From an uncultured Gemmatimonadaceae bacterium (GTDB lineage: Bacteria; Gemmatimonadota; Gemmatimonadetes; Gemmatimonadales; GWC2-71-9), in contig CAZNDK010000003.1 of NCBI GenBank assembly GCA_964571795.1, positions 74,644 through 138,643 on the forward strand: 64,000 nt of DNA, written 5' to 3'. Made by a program: the position numbers and the translations under genes. Shown in pieces: positions 1-7,574 of the stretch (its first letter is position 1; each line of letters begins with the position of its first letter). The notes under the pieces are model-generated. The model saw nothing but the letters and a program-made list of their open reading frames with translations, was not told the DNA's origin and ran no database searches.

Positions 1-1
1 C

Positions 2-391
2 CTGGTGTCGGCCTCCGAGGAGGGACTGCTGCTGGGCGAGGTGGCGCGGGCCCGCTTCACGGCCGAAGAGGCGGTGCTCGCCTTTCCGGACGAGGCGGCG
101 GCCCATCTCGTGCTCGGGCGGGTGCTGATCGCGGAAGCGCGCTATGACGAGGCCGTCCTGCGGTTCACCCAGACGCTGCGCTGCGATCCAGCGTGTGCGC
201 CCGCACTACGGCTGCTTGGGCTGGCGGAGGTGGGGCGGGGACGCTTCGGCTCGGCGCTCGAGGCCTGGGCCCGCTGGGAGTCGCTCGACCCGCTGCCCGA
301 CAGCGAGCGCGGGCGCGACGACGTGGTGCGCCGCTGGCGCGCCGCCGTGGACACCCTGAAGGACGCACTCGGAGGACGCCGTGAGCAATGA
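2..391 (+). CDS. TPR-repeat protein, C-terminal part (5' end outside window)
   Basis: The frame is open from the window edge to TGA 389-391. It contains helical TPR-type repeats (AHLVLGRVLIAEARYDEAVLRFTQTLRCDP; APALRLLGLAEVGRGRFGSALEAWARWESLDP). Its stop overlaps the next start by 11 nt. Confidence 0.55.
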   Translation: MVSASEEGLLLGEVARARFTAEEAVLAFPDEAAAHLVLGRVLIAEARYDEAVLRFTQTLRCDPACAPALRLLGLAEVGRGRFGSALEAWARWESLDPLPDSERGRDDVVRRWRAAVDTLKDALGGRREQ

Positions 392-1241
392 AGACATCCG
401 CGTCCTGACCGCGCAACTGGCCGCCGACCCCTCGAGCCTGGTGTTCCTCCCGCTCGGCGAGGCGCTCCGGCGTCGCGGCCAGCTCGACGCCGCCGAGAAG
501 ATCGCCATCGCGGGCCTCACGCGGTACCCGGACCTGGCCGACGCCCACGACCTGCTGGCGCGCGTCCTCGGCGACCGGGGTGACCTCGAGCGCGCCTTCG
601 ACGAGTGGGATATCGCGCTTCGCCTCGACGAGCGCCATGCCGGCGCGCACAAGGGCATCGGGTTCCTCTACTACGTGGCGGGCGACCTCCCGCAGGCGCT
701 CGAGCACCTCGAGGCGGCCCTGGCCATGGATCCGGAGGCGGAAGGGGTCGCCGCCGCGGTGGCGCGGGTGCGCGAAGCGCTTGCCACGCCGGAGACGGCG
801 CGGGCGCGGCCCGACGCCCCCGCGGCGGTCCGGCCGGAGGAGCGGCATAAGGCGCCGCAGCCACGCGGCCCGGCCGATGACGCGCCCGCCGTCTTCGAGG
901 GCCTCGAAGGCGCCATGGACGGGCTCCTCCTGCTGGACGGCAACGGGTTGCGGCTGGGCGGCGGCCTGACCTCGCCCTCGGGGGAGGCGGTGGGCGACGC
1001 TGTCGCGGCGCATCTCGCCGGTGTCTTCCGCGACGCCTCCCGCGCCACGCGGCTCCTCTCGCTCGGGGCGTGGACCAGCGTGGCCGCCGAGACTGGCGAC
1101 GCGAACCTCTTCCTCTGCGCCCCGACGCCGGACTCGTTGCTCCTCCTGGTGCGCGACAACAGCGTGCCGATCGGCCGGCTGGCGCACCAGGCGGAACGCG
1201 CCGCGGAATCCGCCCGCCGCTGGCTGGAGCGGCCGGCATGA
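381..1241 (+). CDS. TPR + Roadblock/LC7 fusion protein
   Basis: The N-terminus has TPR-type repeats (GQLDAAEKIAIAGLTRYPDLADAHDLLARVLGDRGDLERAFDEWDIALRLDERHAGAHKGIGFLYYVAGDLPQALEHLEAALAMDP). An Ala/Pro/Arg-rich linker follows. The C-terminal ~110 aa show a Roadblock/LC7 pattern (MDGLLLLDGNGLRLGG..DAVAAHLAGVFRDASRATRLL..NLFLCAPTPDSLLLLV). GTG start; the stop shares ATGA with the next gene. Confidence 0.7.
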   Translation: MSNEDIRVLTAQLAADPSSLVFLPLGEALRRRGQLDAAEKIAIAGLTRYPDLADAHDLLARVLGDRGDLERAFDEWDIALRLDERHAGAHKGIGFLYYVAGDLPQALEHLEAALAMDPEAEGVAAAVARVREALATPETARARPDAPAAVRPEERHKAPQPRGPADDAPAVFEGLEGAMDGLLLLDGNGLRLGGGLTSPSGEAVGDAVAAHLAGVFRDASRATRLLSLGAWTSVAAETGDANLFLCAPTPDSLLLLVRDNSVPIGRLAHQAERAAESARRWLERPA

Positions 1242-1588
1242 GCACGAAGCTGCTCGACTCCCTCGAGACCGTCACCCGCGTGCGGGGCGTGCGCGGCGCC
1301 ATGGTGGTCTCGGCCGAGGAGGGGCTCGTCGTCGCGGAAACGTCGATGGAGGGCATCGACGGGTCGGCGGTGGCGGCGCTGACCGCCGGCGTCGTCGCGC
1401 GGCTCACCCGTGCCACGGAGGCCGCCGGCCGCGCGGCGCCCGCCTTCGTGCACCTGCAGGCCGAAGGCGGCGCGCTCCTGGCCGTTCCCGCGGGAGTCGA
1501 CCTGCTGGTCGTGGCGGTGACGGACGCCGAGGTGAACGTCGGGCTGGCCCGGCTGGAGCTCCGCCGCGCCGCGGAGCAACTGGCCTGA
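1238..1588 (+). CDS. Roadblock/LC7 domain protein (MglB/MglC-like paralog)
   Basis: 116 aa with the typical Roadblock pattern (VRGVRGAMVVSAEEGLVVAETSMEGIDGSAVAALTAGVVARLTRATEAAG..ALLAVPAGVDLLVVAVTD). The ATG at 1238 overlaps the upstream stop (ATGA), and its own stop overlaps the next ATG (TGATG). Confidence 0.75.
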   Translation: MSTKLLDSLETVTRVRGVRGAMVVSAEEGLVVAETSMEGIDGSAVAALTAGVVARLTRATEAAGRAAPAFVHLQAEGGALLAVPAGVDLLVVAVTDAEVNVGLARLELRRAAEQLA

Positions 1589-2049
1589 TGCGTGTCATCG
1601 AGCCCTGGGTCGCGGACCCGCTGCAGCGCTTCCTGGCGGAGTCGTCGGCCAGGCTGGTGCTCCTCACCACGTCATCGGGTCAGGTGGTGGCGCAGCATGG
1701 GTTCACGCGCGCGCTCGATGTGATGTCGGCCTCCGCGCTCGGGGCCGCCATCATGGCGAGCACGGAGGAGCTGGGACGGCTCACCGCGTCGGGGGCCTCG
1801 CGGGCGCTGTCGCACCAGGGTCCGTCGCGGGGGCTCTTCCTCTCGGCGTTCGACCTGCCGCAGGGCCGCTGGATCGGGCTGGTCGTGTATGACCGCGACA
1901 GCTCCCTCGGCCTGGTCCGGCTCTTCTTCGACCAAATGGTGCAGGAACTCCAGGCGCTCGCGCCGAAGGAAACGCCGGCCCGCGAGGTGCTGGCCGCCGA
2001 CTTCGAAAACGAACTCAACGCGAGCCTCCGCTCGCTCTTCGGACGGTAG
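1588..2049 (+). CDS. mglB: MglB-like Roadblock/LC7 GTPase-activating protein
   Basis: It lies directly upstream of mglA, the order seen in Myxococcus. It has a Roadblock core (LVLLTTSSGQVVAQHGFTRALDVMSASALGAAIMASTEELGRL). The block IGLVVYDRDSSLGLVRL resembles the VVLVVIFDNRTSLGLVRL block of M. xanthus MglB, as I recall that sequence from memory. It also carries a C-terminal extension. Confidence 0.75.
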   Translation: MRVIEPWVADPLQRFLAESSARLVLLTTSSGQVVAQHGFTRALDVMSASALGAAIMASTEELGRLTASGASRALSHQGPSRGLFLSAFDLPQGRWIGLVVYDRDSSLGLVRLFFDQMVQELQALAPKETPAREVLAADFENELNASLRSLFGR

Positions 2050-2052
2050 CAG

Positions 2053-2655
2053 ATGTCGCTCGTCAACTTCACGACCCGGGAAATCACCTGCAAGATCGTC
2101 TATTACGGACCGGGCCGGTCCGGCAAGACGACCAACCTGCAGTACATCTACGGGCGCGTGCCGGAGAGCCGCCGCGGACGGATGGTGTCGCTCGCCACCC
2201 AGTCGGACCGCACCCTCTTCTTCGACTTCCTGCCGATCGACCTCGGGAGCATCAGCGGCTTCACCACCCGGTTCCAGCTCTACACAGTGCCCGGCCAGGT
2301 GTACTACAACGCCACCCGCAAGCTGGTCCTCCAGGGCGCGGACGGGGTGGTGTTCGTGGGCGACAGCCAGGCCCGGCGGTACGACGACAACGTCGAGAGC
2401 CTGCAAAACCTCCAGGAAAACCTGCTGGCGCAGGGCGTGGACATCCGCCAGCTGCCGGTGGTGTTCCAGTACAACAAGCAGGACCTGCCGCGCGACCTCA
2501 TCCTGAACCCGGCCGAGCTCGACGACGCGCTCAATTTCCGCGGGGTCAAGAGCTTCGGCGCCGATTGCCTGCACGGGCACGGGGTGTTCGAGACCCTGAA
2601 GGGCATCTCGGAGCTCGTGCTCCAGCGGCTGGCGGCGGGGAGTCCGGCGGCGTGA
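2053..2655 (+). CDS. mglA: MglA, Ras-like small GTPase (polarity/gliding regulator family)
   Basis: Near-colinear similarity to my recollection of M. xanthus MglA: REITCKIVYYGPGRSGKTTNLQYIY (P-loop), SDRTLFFDFLP (intrinsic Arg region), FQLYTVPGQVYY (switch II Gln), QYNKQDL (G4). Confidence 0.92.
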   Translation: MSLVNFTTREITCKIVYYGPGRSGKTTNLQYIYGRVPESRRGRMVSLATQSDRTLFFDFLPIDLGSISGFTTRFQLYTVPGQVYYNATRKLVLQGADGVVFVGDSQARRYDDNVESLQNLQENLLAQGVDIRQLPVVFQYNKQDLPRDLILNPAELDDALNFRGVKSFGADCLHGHGVFETLKGISELVLQRLAAGSPAA

Positions 2656-4652
2656 CCACGCAGCTGAGCCCGCAATTCCGCTTCGACGGGTTCATCGTCG
2701 GCGCGGCCAACCGCCTGGCCGCCACGGCGGCGCGTGCGGTGGCCGAGTCGCCCGGCACCGCGTACAACCCACTCTTCATCTACGCCCGGCCCGGGCTGGG
2801 CAAGACCCACCTCCTGATGGCGATCGGGCACGCCGCGCAGGCCATCAATCCGGCGCTGACCGTCGAGTACGTGACCCTCGACGACTTCGTGGAGGCCTTC
2901 CACACGGCGGTCGGGGCGGGGCAGGGCGAGGTGTACCGGCGGCGGTTCGCGGAGTCCGACCTGCTGTTGCTGGACGACGTGCAGTTCGTCACCCACCGCC
3001 GCGAAACCCAGGCCGAGCTGCTGCGGCTGGTCGACCAGATGCAGACGGCCGGGCGCCAGATCGTGCTGACCAGCGACCGCCCCCCCGCCGAGATCGAGGC
3101 GCTCGACGAGCGGCTCCTCCGGCGGGTCGCAGGCGGCCTGGTCATCGACATCGCGGCCCCGGACTACGAGACGCGGGTCGCCATCCTGCGCCGGAAGGCG
3201 GAGGAGCGGCAGGCGAAGTTCCTGCCGGGGGTCCTCGAGGCGGTCGCGACGCTGGCGCTCGACAGCGTGCGTGAACTGGTGGGTGCGCTGAACCGGCTGG
3301 TGGCCTTCCAGTCGGTGGGCGAGGCGCCGCTGGACGCCGCGCAGGCCCGACTCGTCCTCGGCGTCCGCGCCATCGCGGCCGATGTCCCCGCAGTAGGGCA
3401 GGCGGACGGCGATCCGGAAGAGCCAGTGCGCGCCCTCGGTCCGACGCATCCTGCCGGCGCGGCTCCCGCGGAGGCGCCCGATGAGTTCGGCGCGTTCCTG
3501 AGCGAAGTGGCCGATACGCTCACCCGGCAGGTGGAGGGGTGGCGTCGGCGGGTCGAGGAGGCCATCGCGCGCTGGGAGGACCAGGGCTACCGGACGGCTC
3601 GGCTCGCCGGGTTGCTCGATCGCGGCCTCGACGGCGACCCCGCGGAGGCGCTCTCGGGCTTCGTGGCCGACGTCGAGCGGCTGCAGGCGCTGCAGGCCGA
3701 GGCGGCGGCGCTCGCGGCCGACCTCGCCGCCGACCCGGTGTTTCGCGACCCCGACGCCATTCCGGTCGCCGAGGCGTTCCTGGCCCGCGGCCGCGAAGGT
3801 GCGTCGCCCCCGCCGCCGCCCGAGCCGATCTGGGTGTTCGACGACCTGGTCGAGTCGGCCGGCAACCGGATGGCGCTGCGCTCGACCCGCGAGGTGGCCG
3901 AGCGCCCCGGCGTCGCGTACAACCCGCTGGTCATCCTTGGCGGCGCCGGCGTCGGCAAGACCCACCTGCTTCACGCGCTCGGCAATCTCCTGCAGGCCGC
4001 GCCGGGCGCGGTCGTCGCCTGCCTCAACACCCAGGATTTCACCGACGAGCTCATCGAGGCGATCGAGCGCGATCGCGTGGGGCAGTGGCGGTCGCGTTAC
4101 CGGCGCGTGACCGCCTTCCTGCTCGATGACGTTCAGCTCGCCGCCGGCAGGGAGAGGACCCAGGAGGAGCTCTTCCTCCTCTTCAATCATCTCCTGGAGC
4201 AGGGCTCGCAACTGGCCTTCACTTCGTCGGTGGCCCCCGGCACCATCGAGCATTTCGAGGAGCGACTCGCCAGCCGGCTCGCGGGCGGGCTCGAGGTGGA
4301 GCTGCCCCCGCCGGAGCGCGAAGTGCGCCAGGCCGTGATCGAGCGGCTGCTCGGCGCCCGGTACGACCGGGTGGACGCCGAGCTGGCCAGCTTCCTGGCC
4401 GGCCGCCCGGCCGAGTCGGTGCGCGCGGTGCAGGCCCTCGTGCAGCGCATCGAGGCGGCGGCCGACGCGCGGCATGCGGAGCCGGATGTGGCGCTGGCGC
4501 GCGAGGTCCTCGAGGGCGCCGCCCCGAAGCCACCGCGGCCCGCGCCCGGCGTGCGCACCAGCGGCGTCGGGGCCGGCGGCATCCGGAGCCCGGAAAAGGC
4601 GGTCTGGGAATGGCCCGATCTCGGTGAGCGGCTCATCGAGGAGTGGCGCTGA
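2652..4652 (+). CDS. Tandem DnaA/Hda-like AAA+ ATPase (two AAA+ modules, no DnaA domain I or IV)
   Basis: GTG 2652 overlaps the mglA stop (GTGA). Module 1: PGLGKTHLL, LLLLDDVQF, IVLTSDRPPAEI, LDERLLRRVAGGL, SVRELVGALNRL. Module 2: GAGVGKTHLL, AFLLDDVQL, LAFTSSVAPGTI, FEERLASRLAGGL, SVRAVQALVQRI. No HTH/DnaA-signature C-terminus is visible. Confidence 0.8.
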   Translation: MTTQLSPQFRFDGFIVGAANRLAATAARAVAESPGTAYNPLFIYARPGLGKTHLLMAIGHAAQAINPALTVEYVTLDDFVEAFHTAVGAGQGEVYRRRFAESDLLLLDDVQFVTHRRETQAELLRLVDQMQTAGRQIVLTSDRPPAEIEALDERLLRRVAGGLVIDIAAPDYETRVAILRRKAEERQAKFLPGVLEAVATLALDSVRELVGALNRLVAFQSVGEAPLDAAQARLVLGVRAIAADVPAVGQADGDPEEPVRALGPTHPAGAAPAEAPDEFGAFLSEVADTLTRQVEGWRRRVEEAIARWEDQGYRTARLAGLLDRGLDGDPAEALSGFVADVERLQALQAEAAALAADLAADPVFRDPDAIPVAEAFLARGREGASPPPPPEPIWVFDDLVESAGNRMALRSTREVAERPGVAYNPLVILGGAGVGKTHLLHALGNLLQAAPGAVVACLNTQDFTDELIEAIERDRVGQWRSRYRRVTAFLLDDVQLAAGRERTQEELFLLFNHLLEQGSQLAFTSSVAPGTIEHFEERLASRLAGGLEVELPPPEREVRQAVIERLLGARYDRVDAELASFLAGRPAESVRAVQALVQRIEAAADARHAEPDVALAREVLEGAAPKPPRPAPGVRTSGVGAGGIRSPEKAVWEWPDLGERLIEEWR

Positions 4653-6271
4653 TGGCCATCAAGGGCAGCCTCAAGGAAGCCAGCCTTCCCGACGTGATCC
4701 AACTGCTCGCGCTGGGCCGGAAGACCGGCTGCCTGGCAGTCGCCGACCGGCAGAACTTCGGCTACACCTATTTCGACGACGGACGGATCGTCTACGCCTC
4801 CATCGTGAACCGGCGGGACCGGCTGGGCGATCTGCTGGTGCGGAACGGGCGGATCACCGATGAACAACTGCGCGCCGCGGTGGACCGGCAGGCAGGCGAC
4901 CGCGACCGGAAGCTGGGCGAGATCCTGGTGGAGCTGGGGCACATCACGCGCGCGGAGCTCGAGGAGCACATCAGGGTGCAGGTCGAGGAAGCCGTGTACT
5001 ACCTGTTCACCTGGAGCAGCGGCACCTTCAACTTCGAGGCCGGGGTGCGGCCGGAGCGGGAGGACTTCCTGGTGTCCATCAACCCGGAGTCGCTGCTGCT
5101 CGAGGGCGCGCGGCGGGTGGACGAATGGAGCCTCATCGCCAAGAAGATCCCGACGCTCGACATCGTCTTCGAGGCCGACCAGCCCCGGCTGCAGGCCGCC
5201 GGCGTCCGGCTGAGCGACGAGCAGGAGATCATCCTGCCGCTCCTGAACGGCCGCAACGACGTCCAGGACGTCGTGGACGCGTCGGGGCTCGTCGAGTTCG
5301 AGGTGGGCAAGGCCATCTACGGCCTGCTCGCCGCCGGGTTCGCCCGGCGGGTGGGAACCTCGGCCACCCAGCAGTCGGAAAAGGTGAACGACGCCCGCGT
5401 GGAGGAGCATCGCAACCTCGGGGTCGCCTTCTACAAGACCGGCATGTTCGACGAGGCGGAGCGGGAGTTCCGGCGGGTCGCGGAGTTGCGCGCCACCGAG
5501 GGCAACGCGCCGTTCTACCTGGGGCTGATCGCGCTCCGGCAGGCGCGCTGGGCCGACGCGGCGGAGTCGTTCAAGAGCGCGGTGGACCTCGGCGGCCCGC
5601 GGCCGGCGGCGCTGCACAACCTGGCGCTGTCGCTCGAGCGGCTCGGCAAGCTGGCCGAGGCAGAGGCGGCCTGCTCCGAGGCGGTGAGCCGCGCGCGCGA
5701 GGACGCCCGCCCCATGCTGCTCTGGGGTGTCATCGCGCTGAAGCGGGAGGACGCCGAGGTGGCCGAGGGCCGGCTCGCGCGGGCGCGCGAGCTGCTGGGA
5801 ACCAAGCCGGTGCCGCCGCTCTGGTTCTGGGCGGCGGAGCTGGCAGCGGCCTCCTCGGGCGACCTGCCGAGGGCGGTCTCGGTGGCCCGCGAGGGCGTCC
5901 GTGCCTGGCCCGTGCATCCCGTGCTCCGGAACAACCTGGCGGTGCTGCTGGAGCTGACGGGGGAGCTCGCCGAAGCCGAGAGCGTCCTGCGGGCCACGCT
6001 CGCCGAGGAGCCAAGCCTGCCCCAGCTGTCGAAGAATCTCGGCGACCTCCTCTATCGCGGCGGTCGGTACGACGAGGCGCAGGAGGCCTTCGACCGCGCC
6101 GCCAAGCTGGCCCCGGACCTTGGCGACGACCTCTACTTCAAGCTCGGCAATCTGGCATTCCGCCGGCGCGACCGGGAGCGGGCGCGTGACTGCTGGCGCC
6201 GGGCCGCGGAGCTGAATCCGGGCCATCAACTGGCCCGGTCGAACCTCGAGATCCTGGATGTTCCCGCGTGA
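4652..6271 (+). CDS. PATAN (DUF4388) domain + TPR-repeat protein
   Basis: The N-terminus MAIKGSLKEASLPDVIQLLALGRKTGCLAVADRQNFGYTYFDDGRIVYA matches the DUF4388/PATAN pattern. A GSPII_E_N-like segment follows (RLGDLLVRNGRITDEQLRAAV..KLGEILVELGHITRAELEEHI). The C-terminal half has TPR repeats (HRNLGVAFYKTGMFDEAEREFRRVAEL etc.). ATG 4652 shares TGATG with the upstream stop; an in-frame GTG at 4643 is the alternative start. Confidence 0.7.
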   Translation: MAIKGSLKEASLPDVIQLLALGRKTGCLAVADRQNFGYTYFDDGRIVYASIVNRRDRLGDLLVRNGRITDEQLRAAVDRQAGDRDRKLGEILVELGHITRAELEEHIRVQVEEAVYYLFTWSSGTFNFEAGVRPEREDFLVSINPESLLLEGARRVDEWSLIAKKIPTLDIVFEADQPRLQAAGVRLSDEQEIILPLLNGRNDVQDVVDASGLVEFEVGKAIYGLLAAGFARRVGTSATQQSEKVNDARVEEHRNLGVAFYKTGMFDEAEREFRRVAELRATEGNAPFYLGLIALRQARWADAAESFKSAVDLGGPRPAALHNLALSLERLGKLAEAEAACSEAVSRAREDARPMLLWGVIALKREDAEVAEGRLARARELLGTKPVPPLWFWAAELAAASSGDLPRAVSVAREGVRAWPVHPVLRNNLAVLLELTGELAEAESVLRATLAEEPSLPQLSKNLGDLLYRGGRYDEAQEAFDRAAKLAPDLGDDLYFKLGNLAFRRRDRERARDCWRRAAELNPGHQLARSNLEILDVPA

Positions 6272-7089
6272 TCGTGGACGACGAAGAGGGCTTCAAGGCG
6301 CTGACGCGCCGGGTGTCCCGCGACGCGGGCCTCTCGCTGGACGCCTACAAGGACAAGTGCCTCCGACGGCGGCTGCTCGTCCGGATGCGCGCCTGCAGCG
6401 TGCACACCTATGCCGAGTACATGTCGGTCCTCGACCGGCGGCCCGAGGAGTGGGACAAGCTGAAGGACGCGCTCACGATCAACGTGACGCGCTTCTACCG
6501 GAATCCCGAGACCTGGGACCGCCTCCGCCAGGACTTCCTGCCGGAGCTCCTGCGTGCGCGCCAGGGGCGCGTGCAGGCGTGGAGCGCAGGGTGCTCCTCC
6601 GGCGAGGAGCCCTACACGCTCGCCATGCTCTGCGCCGAGGTGGCCGAGTCACTGGGCTACGCGTCCTGGGCCGAACGGGTACGGATCGATGCCACCGACA
6701 TCGATCGCGAGAGCCTCGAGCGCTCGACCGCCGGACGCTACCCGCATTCCGCATTCCTTGAGGCGCCAGGGTGGATGACGGCCCGGTATTGCGAGCCCAC
6801 GGAGGACGGCTGGCAGGTGCGCGACGCCGTCCGGCGCATGGTGACGGTGCGTCGCCTCGACCTCACCCGGGAGGCGCGTCCCCCGGCCAGCGCGGACCTG
6901 ATCCTGTGCCGCAACGTCGTCATCTACTTCGACCGGCCGATGCAGGAACGGCTCTTCGGCCAGTTCGCAGAGGCGCTGACCCCGGGAGGCATACTCGTGC
7001 TGGGCAAGGTCGAAACGCTCCTCGGCGTCGCGCGGGAGCGGCTCACCCTGGTCGACGCCCGCGAGCGCATCTTCCGGCGGCCCGCATGA
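6268..7089 (+). CDS. cheR: Chemotaxis protein methyltransferase CheR
   Basis: CheR N-terminal helical domain (LDAYKDKCLRRRLLVRM) and SAM-binding motif (VQAWSAGCSSGEEPYTLAM; LILCRNVVIYFD). The GTG start overlaps the upstream stop (GTGA). Confidence 0.9.
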   Translation: MIVDDEEGFKALTRRVSRDAGLSLDAYKDKCLRRRLLVRMRACSVHTYAEYMSVLDRRPEEWDKLKDALTINVTRFYRNPETWDRLRQDFLPELLRARQGRVQAWSAGCSSGEEPYTLAMLCAEVAESLGYASWAERVRIDATDIDRESLERSTAGRYPHSAFLEAPGWMTARYCEPTEDGWQVRDAVRRMVTVRRLDLTREARPPASADLILCRNVVIYFDRPMQERLFGQFAEALTPGGILVLGKVETLLGVARERLTLVDARERIFRRPA

Positions 7090-7574
7090 AGGCCGGCGAG
7101 ATCATGGTCCACGTGGCTGAATACAAGGTGGGCGGGGCGGGGGACACGCTGATCACGGTGGGGCTGGGCAGCTGCGTGGCGGTGGCGCTGCACGATGCCG
7201 ACGCCAAGGTCGGCGGGCTGGCCCACATCCTGTTGCCGTCGCCGGCGCTGAGCCGCCGCGACCCGAACCCCGGCAAGTTTCCGCAGACGGCCATCCCCCT
7301 CCTCCTCCAGGACATGGTCGGCCGAGGTGCCCGCGCGTCGCGCATCACCGCGCGCCTGGCGGGGGGCGCCTCCATGTTCATGAACCTGCAGCCGGCCGGG
7401 ACGATCCAGATGGGGGAGCGCAACCTCGTGGCGGTGCGCGCTGCGCTCACCCACCACGGCATTCCCCTCGTGGGGAGCGCCGTCGGGGGCGACTTCGGGC
7501 GGACCATCCGCTTCTTCGTGGACGACGGGCGCATCGAGGTCTCGACGGTTCGCCGGGGAGTGACGCATCTCTAG
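7086..7574 (+). CDS. cheD: Chemoreceptor glutamine deamidase CheD
   Basis: 162 aa with CheD motifs ([34 protein letters not shown]). ATG 7086 overlaps the cheR stop (ATGA). Confidence 0.85.
   Translation: MKAGEIMVHVAEYKVGGAGDTLITVGLGSCVAVALHDADAKVGGLAHILLPSPALSRRDPNPGKFPQTAIPLLLQDMVGRGARASRITARLAGGASMFMNLQPAGTIQMGERNLVAVRAALTHHGIPLVGSAVGGDFGRTIRFFVDDGRIEVSTVRRGVTHL

Noticed and set aside
2565-2651. ATG 2565 as the start of the DnaA-like ORF.
   Set aside because: It lies 87 nt inside the conserved C-terminus of mglA and would add only Gly/Ala/Arg-rich residues. GTG 2652 gives the same GTGA coupling seen at other junctions.
2304-4475. Very long antisense or alternate-frame ORFs throughout the window. 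Examples are 2304-4475(-), 4187-6229(-), 11562-13412(-), 13892-15937(-), 18951-20597(-), 28490-30349(-), 39996-42401(-) and 19046-22036(+).
   Set aside because: These are typical high-GC shadow ORFs. Their translations are Arg/Pro/Gly/Ala-rich low-complexity sequence with no family motifs. Each fully overlaps a + strand gene that has unambiguous conserved motifs.
2652-4652. Whether the DnaA-like gene marks the replication initiator or the oriC region.
   Set aside because: No domain IV DNA-binding region is visible, dnaN/recF/gyrB are not nearby, and there is no AT-rich unwinding element or DnaA-box cluster in the virtually absent flanking intergenic DNA. The gene is embedded in the mgl/che operon.
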